Shown: one piece after another, positions 33,165 through 45,474 of the stretch | Layout: each line of letters begins with the position of its first letter | Numbering within the stretch: position 1 is the stretch's first letter | Source of the DNA: Azolla caroliniana | Lineage: Eukaryota; Plantae; Polypodiophyta | Direction: 5' to 3' | Assembly: GCA_043228905.1 (NCBI GenBank) | Contig: JBHGNT010000021.1 | Span: forward strand, 11,780,001 to 11,844,000 | DNA: 64,000 nt | The notes under the pieces: generated by a model | What the model was told of the DNA's origin: nothing | The model's database searches: none | The model's input: only the letters and a program-made list of their open reading frames with translations | Translations under genes and position numbers: made by a program

Positions 33165-33375
33165 AAAGAGATTAATAGATAAGAAAAATTTGGGTTTTTT
33201 TAGGGATATGGCCTCCATAACGAAAATTAGGGTTTTTGAGAGATAGCTTCCGTAAGGAAAATTAGAGTTTATGTAAGAGATAGCTTCCGTAAGGAAAATT
33301 AGAGTTTATGTGAGAGATAGCTTCCGTAAGGAAAATTAGGTTTTATGGCTTCGATCAGAAAATTAGGGTTTTTTC
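33165..33375. repeat. 37-bp tandem repeat (3 near-exact copies plus about 2 diverged)
   Basis: AGATAGCTTCCGTAAGGAAAATTAG at 33241, 33278 and 33315. Confidence 0.85.
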
Positions 33376-33561
33376 CCCAAAAAATGGCTTTGATCCCCTA
33401 AGGACCATTAGGATCTATGGATTATCGAGAGATAACTTTTCTCCTCCCTTCTCGCCCTTGCATGAAGGAACTCCAATTTCCATCTTGAGTTCAATTGCAT
33501 GCATCCACATGACCTTTACTTTACATAAAGTTTGACTTTAGTTGCACGCGTTCACATAACC

Positions 33562-33623
33562 TTTACTTTAGTTTACTTTAGTTTACTTTAGTTTACTTTA
33601 GTTTACTTTAGTTTACTTTAGTT
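33562..33623. repeat. 10-bp minisatellite (GTTTACTTTA) x ~6
   Basis: Directly visible tandem array. Confidence 0.9.
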
Positions 33624-34320
33624 CGGCCACATGATCCTATCATCTGTAAAGTTCGGCCCGTGCATCCGGCCCGATCCGTCCGGTTCCGTCGCCAAAACCA
33701 TTATGTGGTATGTTAGTTAAACCACATCCATCTATCTGAATAATTTAGCCCAAGCACCTTGAACATTCTGTGCTTCACACACAGACATGAAGTAATAGGT
33801 TCTGGCTCTCCTTATATACTATGGGATCCGATGTTGTCCTATCTATGTAGGATATCTCATAATTTTGTATTCCTCTTCTTCTCAAACTTCACACTCACAT
33901 AACTTGATACTTAGTTATTCGTTTCATGTGTAGTAAAATGTGTTTGGAAGCTCTTGAAGACATCTATCTTTCCATATAAAACTATTTTAAGCTAATCTTA
34001 AACAATTATTTTACTATTTTTCATATCGTGTGTGAAGAACCACATGACACCGATATCTAAGACAACAACCTTCCGACATAATGTCCTTATGAGGGTAGCT
34101 AAGCCTCATATTTGTACCTTTTCCTAGGCCCCTTGAATAGATGTGCCTTTCTAAAAGGCTCTCCATTCATTGGTTGTCCAAATCATGATAGTGCATACAC
34201 CTATCATTCCTTCTATCCAATCACATTAGTGCCCTTTTTTACATTAGTGAACATACCCTTCACTTCTGTAAATATTACTGACCTACCCTCACCTACGTTA
34301 TGTGTACATAACATACTCCC

Positions 34321-34911
34321 CTACTTGAAAAGATTGCACTCTTGCAATATAAAGTGAGGAAAGTGTGCCTTAAGAGTATGCTCGTGTTCCCATGTGGCAT
34401 CATCAATAGGTTTAACCATCCATTTGATTTTGAATAGCCGAATCTCTCTAGAACGCAAACGTTTAGTATGAGAATCAAGAATTCGTTCAGGAACATGGGG
34501 TTTGTAAGAAAAATCCTCTAATGTTACAAGATCCTGGATTGTGATGGTGTTATCACCAGAACCTAAAAATGGTTTTAGACGACTGACGTGAAAAACAGGA
34601 TGAAAACCAACATTACTGGGTAAGGCAAGGTGATAAGTAGATGACCCAACTCGCTTAAGGATTTCAAATGGGCCGCAATATTGTGGGGAAAACATAGCAC
34701 ACTTGCCCGTAGAGAATGACGTAGAGTCAGTAAGGACACGCAAAAAAACTTTTTCACCAATAGTAAATGTACGAGGATGTCTATCTTGATCAGCATAAAA
34801 TCGATCACGATCTTGAGCTATCTGGACATTTTCTTTGGCAATATGCAACATTTGGTTCATGTCTTGCAAGAGTGTCACTGGATTGCTTACGTTTCCCAAT
34901 GAACTTGACAT
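34321..34911 (-). pseudogene. Integrase C-terminus with GPF motif and chromodomain
   Basis: YCGPFEILKRVG, HPVFHVSRLK, PERILD..FKIKW..DDATWE. Confidence 0.9.
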
Positions 34912-36642
34912 TCAGAGTTTTGGCGAACTCAATTTATTGTGGTCTTTCTTGGAAGTCCTATGGTACCAAAGTACAATGTTGACGGCTTCCTCGAAAGTTG
35001 TGGGGTCCAAGTCATGGACAATCCAATGGTAATCCCCATTGGGAATACCATTCAAAAACAAGCATCAAACCATTTCTCACCCGTAAGTCCCGATTTTTGG
35101 ATATGGGTCCGAGCATGATGCGCATAATCCTCAAGAGAGGTATATGGCTTGCTCGACAACGTGAGCAAGTTTTGTGCTTGTTCAGTTTGAGAAGGTGGCT
35201 GCAAGAACTGTTCCTTAAAAACATCGACAAAACCTTCCCAAGTTGTGGGTAAGTTCTTTGCAATCCTTAGGTCGCGCCACTAAGTAGCCGCTCGGCCACC
35301 TAACTCACGACCAACATAACCAATTTTTACAGCATCGGGCTTGGGATGGAGCTCAAAGTGAGACTCCCAACAACCAAGCCAAGTGTTAATGGCCTCCTTA
35401 GTTCTTTCTTGCTTATGTCCCTTGAATGGCGTGACTATGAAAGAAGGTTCACCTTCTTTCTTGGACTCAATAGTCAATTCTTGGAATTTCTTTTCCAAAG
35501 CCATATTGGCTTGCCTCATTTTGGCCAATTGATTCAAGGTAGTAGTGAGCAATTGCTCAATAGTGATCTCAGCTTGTGTGCAAGATGCAGATTGGAGTTG
35601 AGAGATCTCGGTCAGAGAGATCACTCCAACAATGTTCAAAACTTGTTCCATGATGCAAGGTGTGTGTACGCAATATAAATAAGAAGGTTCGGAAAATACA
35701 CAAGCAAAATGAATGCTTGAAATTTTGATTGGAAGAACTTTATCCAAGAAAGCATCTCACATCTTTACCCCTCTAGACATATGAGATGTGATTCGAGATC
35801 CGATAACTATGGTAACATTATGGTGTTTTAAAAACCATGGGGGAAAACATAGCAAAGATGTATTTCTCGAATCTCTATCTTGAATAATCATGGCGGCTCC
35901 CCGAGGCTCAACCATGGTTTGAACATCAATGTAATTTCCTAGTTAGCCTTATATTAAAATGCCAACTCAGCATGTATTGATATGGTCGAGAATGTGTATT
36001 ACGTGCAAAAACAAGTGCACTCGCAAGTAATATTCTAGTCTTGCATGTAGCAAGCAAATGTAATGAAAAAAATAGAAAAATAAGTCACTACCTATAAGAA
36101 TCAAGAAGTGACAAAAACAAGTTCAAAACCATGCGTTGTCCACTAAACAAAAATATCACAAATAAATGGATGGTGCGAGGTATGCACATATCCATCCCAG
36201 TATGGTGGTTGTAATTTGCACAATTGTGACATAAGACACAAATTGATACAAGTGGTGGTGTTGTGCGCAAAGATGTAGTACTCAAATCTATGAGTAAAAC
36301 ATCAATAGGGGAACTCATGTGATTTTACTCGAGTTGTAAGCCTCGATAATATGAGTTAAACCTAGATGACCCGTTGGAAAAAATCGTTCAAAAAACAACA
36401 TGATGCCCACTCAATACAAAAAATAGTCTACACAAAAGCGTTACATCATAGGTAAACGCATGTAAATACTTTAAACATGAAAAAGAAGGGGGAAAATAGA
36501 GTTAATTGTGGGTGGGTAAATGACAATTAGAAGAAAATCGTACAAAGGTGAAACGACAATTTGTGTAATTAGAAACCCTAGGGTAATCAATTAGGTGTAT
36601 GGAACATTAAGCATGCCTTAAGGTAATAAACCCTAGGGTAAT

Positions 36643-36869
36643 CGACATGCACCTCCTCAAGACCACCACATCCCATAGAATCGTCCAAGTGATGGCTCAA
36701 TAGAGAGTAGAGTGGCACAAGTAGGCGACATACACCTCGTTAAGACCACAACATCCCATAGAATCAGCCAAATGATGGCTCAATAGAGAGTAGAGTGGCA
36801 CAGGTAGGCAACATACACCTTGTTAAGACCACAACATCCCATAGAATCGACCAAATGATGGCTCAATAA
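36643..36869. repeat. 83-bp tandem repeat (x ~2.7) in the chromovirus 5' leader
   Basis: Units start at 36643, 36726 and 36809. Confidence 0.88.
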
Positions 36870-38699
36870 AGGGAAGGGTGTCATACTCAACATCATATGC
36901 AAAGGTGCCATGAGGTGAGCATGTGCGATTAGGGAAAGAATAATTATTACCGTAAGAGATGGCTCAAGAGAAGGGGGAGTGGGAGATACATCACAATATG
37001 CAAAAGGGCCATGAGTTGAGCGTGTGCGATTAGTGCAAACACGCTCAACACAATGCGTAAGTAGATTAACATCGTATCATGGTAGAAAGAAAAAAGAAAA
37101 GAAAAGAAAACGTAATACCACTTCCATATGACCAAGAAGAAAGCATCATAGAAAAGAAAAGAGAGATCGAGAAAGAAGAATACCGGGTTAAGAATGTTGT
37201 TTTGATCCTGTGAAATGAGCCTTGTTAGATCCCCATTGCTCACACGCAAAAAAAATCAAAACAACCAAAAAAAAAGTTAGTAAATGCTTTGATACCACTG
37301 TTAAGAGTCTATTACTAATCAATAGACTAAAATAAAGTAAAAGAAGGAAAATAGATTGGATAGAAGACCCCGTTCCACCCGACCACCCCCAAGCTATGAT
37401 CTAGACATAACCAACCTACCACCGACGTCCCATATCACCAGATATTAGGATGACTAATACCTTTGAAGAGATTACACAATCATCGAGATGAAAACCTCGC
37501 CCACACCACCGGTGTCTAAGACAACAGTCTTCCGACATAATGTCCTAGGCCCCTTGAATAGATGTGCCTTTCTAAAAGGATCTCCATTCATTGGTTGTCC
37601 AAATCATGATAGTGCATGCACCTATCTTTGTTTCTATCCAATCACATTAGTCCCCTTTTTAACATTAGCGAACATACCCTTCACTTCTGTAAATATTAGT
37701 GAGCTACCCTCACCTACGTTATGTGTACATAACACTATTGGAATAGGTACCCCATCTCAGAAGCAACATGGGAGTAAGCAATGGCATTGATATAGTCCAC
37801 GATTTTCATATGTGATATCCACATGAACCGAAACCAAGACAAAATTTGGGGGGTCAACCTTACAAGGAGGATAATGTCACAAACAAGTCTAATGGAACCT
37901 CCAAACTTCCATGTCATAACCAATGCATATCTACAAGATACTTCTATAATAAGATACTTATGCATTAAGAGGTTTTTCATTCTAGAAATCTCTAGAAAGT
38001 TCTAGAAACTTTTGAAGTATGTACTCTAAAAATTATAAAAGAATAGTGTGTGTGGAAGCGTAACAGACACAACTGTGTAACACAGATGATGAAGAGAAGG
38101 TTTAATGGAAAGCTTTGAACACGACACAATGTATGAAGGAGAGATAGAGAATGAGCAGAACACACAAAACTTAGATTCAAAAATAACTCTCAGTCACTCT
38201 ATACAAGATGCGCTCAATCGGCGCTTTTTATACAAGTCCTTATGGACAGACAGAAGTACTGTCAGAGTACTGACACATACTTCAATGCTCATTAATGAGC
38301 CTCCTACACTAACTACCAAAATTATTCCTTACGAGGAATAATGCTCTAACGGCCTCTCGACTTACGCACCGTTACGGCCTTTGTGCGTACGGTTTTACGC
38401 ACCTAGTCTACGCACTGGGTTACGCACCCGTTTACGCACCCAATGTTGAGCTTGTATCTCAACACTCCCCCTCAACCTCAACTTGAGGTTTCGCCTGCTC
38501 TTCTAGATCTTTGCTACGGCTTCTCCTGGCTTCACGCACTCCTCGACCCGTTCGAATCCGCACGCCTCGACCCTTCCGGTCGGCTTGTCTGCTCGTGTGG
38601 CCCTTCTCAGCTCCCTTGTTGTCATGGTGATGGTGCTTCTTCCGCTGCCCTTTCCTACGCTTGGCCCTTAGTTGATTCAGCATGTCCAAATCGAACATT

Positions 38700-41600
38700 T
38701 CGATTGAATCGGTCACTTCCGATTCATTTCCGCTCACGTCTGAATTGGTTGTCTCCAATTCATCTTCAGTCTTTAGGCCTTTAACAGTGTCAGACCACGT
38801 CTTGCTCTTGGCCTTATCTCCCCTTTTTTTGGCTATATTTGGCCCTTCCCTGCTATTACGGCCCCTGTATCATCTTCGGCATCTTCGGCATCTTCGGCCG
38901 ACCCGAAATCGAATTCTTCATCCGACTCGGCATCGCGGTGATCAGTTCCGCTGCGATGATCACTTCTGCTCCTTTCAAGTTCACGTTCCTGGTTTTGTCT
39001 CCCCCTCAAGTTCGGCGTGTCGGGGTGGCGCAACCCAAGCGCATCCGAGAATTGCCATAACTTGTCGAGACCTAGCGGTTTGGTGAATACATCTGCAATC
39101 TGCCAACCTATCGGAACATACGCTAGTTCGACTTCACCAAAAAGGACACGCTCACGGACAAAATGGTAATGCACCTCAATGTACTTGGTCCGAGCGTGAA
39201 ATACAGGGTTATTCGCAAGTTGGATGTTGTTGAGGTTATCGCAATAGATCGTCGTTAGAGCGGACACCTCCACATGCAGATCCTATAATAGCCATTTTGG
39301 CCAAATGACTTCACACGTAGTGACAGTCGTCCCTCGATATTCAGCCTCCGTGCTCGACAGTGCTACTATCGGCTACTCTTTACTGCTCCATGCGATCGCC
39401 GCACTTCCCATTGAGAATGCGTATCCGGATGTGGATCTACGATCGTTGGCATTTCTGGCCCAATCGGCATCCGTGTAGCCAACTAACTGTTCGGGTACGC
39501 CTGCCCAATACAACAACGCCATGTCTTTAGTGCCATTGACATATCGCAGTATCCTTTGCACGCACTGAAAGTGTTCGGTCATGGGCTGCGACATAAATTG
39601 ACTAATCAGGCCGACCAAGTACTTGAGATCCGGCCGAGTGATCGTCAAATAGATTAGGCTTCCAACAATCTGTCGGAACCGTGTCAGGTCGCACGCCTTT
39701 CTTGAATCTCGGGGAAGCTTGACGTTTCTATCCAGAGGGGTCGAGATGGGCTGACAATCTGCCATCCCGAACCTGAAGAGCATATTTAGCGTGTAATGAT
39801 GTTGGCTAATCAATATGCCTTCGGGGGTGCGGATCACTTCGATCCTAAGGAAGTAATGAAGGTCTCCAAGATCCTTCATGTCGAATGATGCTGCAAGCTG
39901 AGACTTTACGCTGCCAATTTCATCCACGTCGGCACCGGCAATGACTAAATCATCAACATATATAAAAGACAAACCGGTCCTTATCGACCTTGCCAAACGA
40001 CCAATGAAGAGTCCGACTTCGTTGGCGCAACCCCCATCTTACGCAACCGTTGCGTAATCTTGGTGTTCCAAGTTCGCAGAGCTTGTTTAAGTCCGTATAA
40101 TGACTTCTTCAATCGCCACACTGCCGAAGTGTTCTGTTCGGATAAGAATACAAGGGGTTGTACCATGTACACCTGTTCCTCGAGGTCACCTTGCAGGAAC
40201 GCATTCTTCACATCCATCTGATGTAGATGCCACCCCTTCGCCGTTGCTACGACTAGCAAAACACGCACAGTGGTCACCTTCACGACCGGCGCGAAGGTCT
40301 CGTTGTAATCCACGTCATGCTTCTACGCGTAGCCTTTTGCAAGTAATCGGGCCTTGTAGCAGTTGACAGAGCCGTCGGTGTTGTACTTGACCTTATACAC
40401 CCATCTACATCTGATCGGCTTCACACCCTTCTATGCGTCAACCAGCAAACCAAAAAGCTTCTATTCCATTACACGCAAAGCTCAACTTGCTCTCGTCTGT
40501 TTTTCTGTTTTTCTGTTTTTCTGTTTTTCTATTTTTTCTGTTTTCTGTTCTTACTTCTCTCACTCTTACTTACTACACTTTCTTTTTACCTAGGATTATA
40601 AGTGACTTATATATGCAGCTAATTAGCTGCCAGTAGCTAATTAGCTGTCTGTAGCTAAATAACTGTGCATAGCTAAATAGTTGTTTCACCTTTATGTCCT
40701 CTAGTAGCTAATTAGCTAATACCTACTATAGCTTATTTCTCAATAAGTATCACATACCTTTGTTGAGCATCTCAACAATTATACCCGTATCTCTTTACGG
40801 GGTTCTTTAGACGGGTAGATCGGTGTAATTCGTGATTACCCGATTTCACGGCCCTCTCGGCCGACTTCGACCTCTTCCGCAAAGGTTCCTTTTCGATTGG
40901 CCCGAAGTCAAATTCGCTCTGATCTGACTTGGCATTGTCGAACTCGTACTCCGACATCTTCTTCTTCCCCTTCTCTCTGCGCGTAAACCGTCTCCTCGGT
41001 TCCTTACATGGGGACAACATGGCTAAGTCTCCACTACTTGCCCGCTCTTCACATGGTTGACCATCTCGGCTCAACCCCTCACTCAGCACAATTAGCCAAA
41101 ATGAGATCAGACTCTCTCCCAGAGCTCTGATTTCCTCATCACGCGATGGCATCTCAGCCTCGCTGACCTCTTCTTCAGGATTCGAAGTGGAGTCATTGGG
41201 TACTGGCGGCGAAGACAAGTACCACGAAGCGGACTCATCGAACACAACATCTCGACTTACACGAGCTTGTTTGGTTCAGGGGTTATTGCACTTATAACCC
41301 TTTTGTTCGTCCGAGTAGCCTACCAAGATACACACACTTCTCGGCTTTAGCGTCCAACTTCCTCCATTTCTCCTTCGGCACATGCACATACGCGATGCTA
41401 CCGAAAACCCTTAAGTGTACCAAGTTTGGCTTCTTGCCAAAGTACAACTCATGTGGCGACACTCCTCCATTGGCAGAAGTTTGATTCTACAAGTAAACAA
41501 CCATCCTTATGGCTTCAGCCCAATAGAACTTCAGTAGATGCTTCTCTTCAAGCATCGCCCTGCCGCCTCTTCGATTGTCCGTTTTGCTGCGGCGTGTATC

Positions 41601-43407
41601 CACACAAGAATTCACGTCAAATTCCCTCCTTCTGTAGATAACTCGTGAACTGGTTGGAAAAGTACTCCTTCCCACCATCGGACCGTAGGCTCTTGATCTT
41701 ACGCCTAGTTTCCATTTCCGCAAGTCTCTTTACTTTCGGGAAACATGCGAAGACTTCGCTCTTTTTCGCAATCAAGCACGCCCAAGTGTGCCGAGAGAAG
41801 TCATAGATGAAAGTCACGAAATATCGACTTCCACCGAGACTCATGTTCTATGTTGGTCCCCATATATCCAAATGGATCACATCGAGCGTATTTCGACTCG
41901 GGTTATGCTCATTGGGCAATGGAAGTCGGTGATGCTTTCCCAACTGGCAGGCTTCGCAGACTTGGCCCTTTCAGCCACTGAATTTCGGCAAATTGAAAAC
42001 AATGTTTTTCGTCTTCATTTCTCGAAGCTTCGGGAAATTGAAGTGGCTGAACCGCTTGTGCCATAGGTCGATATTTTATTTGACCTTTTGGCCTTTCACA
42101 ATCATAACGGTGCCTACGTCGTTGGTCTCGAGGATAAACATCCTCCCTTCACGGCGCCCTTGCGCGATTATCGTGCCTTCCTCTTCTATAAAGCACCCAA
42201 GATGCGAGAATCAAACTTGCATCCCCTAGTCAATGATCTGGCCAACCGACACCAGGTTCTTGGTTATTGTCGGGACGTGTAGCACGTTCATGAGCTTCCT
42301 TTTTTGTCCAAGGTGATTGACAGGAACTTACCGACATGTTCGATGGTATGTGGAGTGTCGTCTCCAGTTTTGACCACTCCTTGTTTTTCCGGTCTCTCCA
42401 GGTACGAGAACCATTCCTCGTGACTCGTCATATGATTTGACGCTCTGGAATCAACATACCACACCTCATTTAACCTCGAGATGTTCATGGCCATTGAATT
42501 AGCTTTGTGTTTCATTATGAAGGTTGGGCCCGATCCATTTTCGACTCATTCAAAGCCTTCCGCATAGTGTGACCTTTGACGCTAGCTTCGGCTCGATCCA
42601 ACTTTGTCGGAATCGGCTCGTTTCTTCCAGCCCTCATTCTCCCTGTGACCTTCCTTGCCATAGTACCAACAATTCGTCGCGGCCTTCTCTTGTTGATTTC
42701 TGGCGCCACCATGACTCCCCGTGCTTCCGAAGGGTTCAGAACTGCTTCCAGCATTTTGATTATGCCGCACGTTCTGCTCTTTTCGGCCGCCTCCATTGCG
42801 CACCGATACTCCATGACCACAAGGGCCTATCTTCCTCCGTGTACATCATTTTGTTGTTGGCGGGCGTACTTGTCGATGCACCCGTGTGATTTTTCTCTAC
42901 GAGCAACATTGATTGAAGCTCGAAGAACAATGACATATTCTCCCTTGTGTAGACCGCCATTCGGAAAGCTCCGAACTTGGACGCTAACCCTCAAAGGCAC
43001 ACCTACACCATTTCATCTTCCTTGACATTCACGTTGATGGAGGCGAGAGAATCACAAATTTCCTTGATCTGGGCCGTGTAATTGGCCACAGACAGATCTT
43101 TCTGTCAGACATTGTTGAGCTCCTGTCTCAGCTGCAGCTTCCTGGTTGTTGTTCTCATGGCGAAAATCCTCTTGAGATTCGCCCACACATCCTTTGGCAT
43201 CTTCGCATCCCGAATGTAGCTCAAGAGTTGGTCACTCACACAAGATGCAAGGCAGTATAGAACTCTGCTTGTCGCCTGTTCCCAGGTCGGGAAGTCTCTG
43301 TGTGTCAATTTGGTTGTTGTGTCGTTAGCTCCATCAACATAACTCCAATAGCCGTACCCAAGCAGGTACCGGTGCATCTTGTACGACCAAGATGCATAGT
43401 TTCTTCT
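38700..43407 (-). pseudogene. Copia gag-pol of C1, fragmented
   Basis: WYVDSRASNHM (protease), LRSDGGKEY (integrase), QMDVKNAF and YVDDL (RT), YTDADWA and KYIEVHYHF (RNase H). Confidence 0.92.
40434..40777. repeat. LTR-like remnant with TTTCTGTT and AGCTAATTAGCT repeats, interrupting C1 pol
   Basis: AT-rich insert ending TGTTGAGCATCTCAACA, like family C LTR termini; the adjoining RT N-terminus is missing. Confidence 0.55.
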
Positions 43408-43448
43408 TGTAAATAAATGGAGCCAGTGGTGTAATGCAGGGAAAGATA

Positions 43449-43584
<136 letters not shown>

Positions 43585-45474
43585 GCTTAAGACAGAGATA
43601 AAAGACTCTATATTACATTAACCAAAATGCTTCCAACAGTAACTAAGTTACAAGGGGTTGGTTTAAATACAAACTAAACTAGGGCAAGGGCCCTTTCTAT
43701 TATTTACAAGACTAGCTTGGTATGTCCATGAGCTAGTGTGAAACCTATTACTATGGGAAGTTGAGTTCGACTCTCAACACGCCCCTTCGAACACAACTTC
43801 CATCTATCGAAAGGTTGTTTCGGTTCGGTCTTCGGAATCGGGCTTCCGGCGTTCGTAATCCTCGAACTAGATTGTTCGACTTTTCAGCTTCATGCTTGGT
43901 TCGATTAATCTATGAGTTGCGTACTCGGTCAATTTTGTACAGTGCGTGTGTCGCCTGCAGTACTCCCCCTTAAGCTTGGCGATGTGGATGTCGTGAGACA
44001 AGGTTCAATGTGAATTTCCTGAGCTTGTCGACTCCTAAGGCCTTCGTAAAAATATCACCAATCTAGAGGTGCATACTGATATGTTGTAGATCAATGTCTC
44101 TGGCTTGTACGTGCTCGCGGATGAAGTGGTAGTGCACTTCAATGTGTTTAGTCCGCACGTGGAAGATGGGGTTTCGAGTGAGGTAGATGTTGCTCATGTT
44201 GTCACAGAAGAGGTGAATTGGATCTGTAATGGATACGCCCAAATCCTTCAATATGCGCTTGAGTCATACGGCTTCGCATGCGGCGACTGTCGCGCCCTTG
44301 TATTCGGCTTCTATGCTCGACAGTGCAATTGTTGGCTGCATCTTACTGCTCCAGGAGATCATTCCGCTGCCGAGGGAGAAGACAAATCCAGATGTAGATC
44401 ATCTATCCTCTTTGTAGCCTATCTAGTCCACGTCTGTGTATCCTTCAGTCGAATGGTCGTATTTAACTTATACATAATGTCATAATCCATCGTAGTACTG
44501 ACATACCGGAGTATCCTCTGAGCGCAATTGAGATGAAGGTTTCGCGTATTCTACATAAATTGGCTAAGCAAGCCGGCCGAATAACTGAGATCAGGTCGCG
44601 TAATGGTGAGATCGATTAAGTTGCCCATTAGTTGACGATACTGAGTTGACTCGCACACGGCTATGCCTAAATCGGCATCCATCTTCAGATTACGATCCAG
44701 AGGGGTGGACATAGGTTTGCATTCGGTCATTCCGAACTTGTAGAGCAAGTTGAGAACGTAGTGCCGTTGCGAGATCATTATTCCGACTGGTGTCCGAATT
44801 ACTTCAATGCCTAGGAAGGAATGGAGCTCGTGCAGATCTTTCTTTTGAATCTGCCGGAGAGAAGTGATTTGACTTTGTTAATCTCGGCAAGATCATTTCC
44901 TCTGATGACCAAATCATCCACGTAAAGGATTATGACAATCGGGCTATCTGACATTCGAAATCTGATCTAATGAAGATACTACGTGATCTTCGACTGCCAC
45001 ACACGGAGTGGTTGTTTGAGGCCGTATAGTGGCTTCTTGAGGCGGCACACGGCGTTCAGATGATTGCACGATTCAAAACCAGGTGATTGGATCATGTACA
45101 CCTCCTCTTCCAATTCTCCTTGAAGAAAGGTGTTCTTGACGTCCATCTGGTGGAGGTGTCACCCTTTTGCTGTCGCGATTGCAATTACGGTCCACATAGT
45201 TGTCATCTTTGCCACCGGAGCAAAGGTCTCTTCGTAGTCTACATCGTGCATTTACGCATAACCTTTCGCAATGAGTCGTGCTTTAAAGAGATTTACGGAA
45301 TCGTCGGCATTGAGTTTCACTTTGTAAATCCATCAACAGCCAATCTCTTTCTTGTGTGGCGTGTGAGGGACGAGATCCCATGTCTCATTTTTGCATAACG
45401 CTTCCATTTCCTCATTCATCGCATTGACCCATCGCAAATCCTTTACGGCTTCAAAAAGCGTCTCCGGCTCTCGT

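Larger units (their letters stand above)
32975..34049 (-). mobile_element. Solo LTR related to family A, inserted in the chromovirus LTR; TSD CCGG/CCGA
   Basis: TGTCGCG...CATGACA termini; absent from the sister LTR (CACCACCGG|TGTCTAAG near 37506-37520); carries the family U5 motif. Confidence 0.7.
32761..37734 (-). mobile_element. Internally deleted chromovirus (LTRs 32761-34313 and 37299-37734), TSD CTAAT/CTATT
   Basis: Paired LTRs TGTTAAGAG...CATAACA; iMet-type PBS (TTTGATACCA, 37288-37297); PPT at 34314-34329; gag remnant at 35280-35747; integrase C-terminus with chromodomain. Confidence 0.88.

Noticed and set aside
33165-33375. CRISPR-like array
   Set aside because: Units are head-to-tail without unique spacers, there are no cas genes, and the context is a eukaryotic LTR; the same applies to the 83-bp repeat at 36643.
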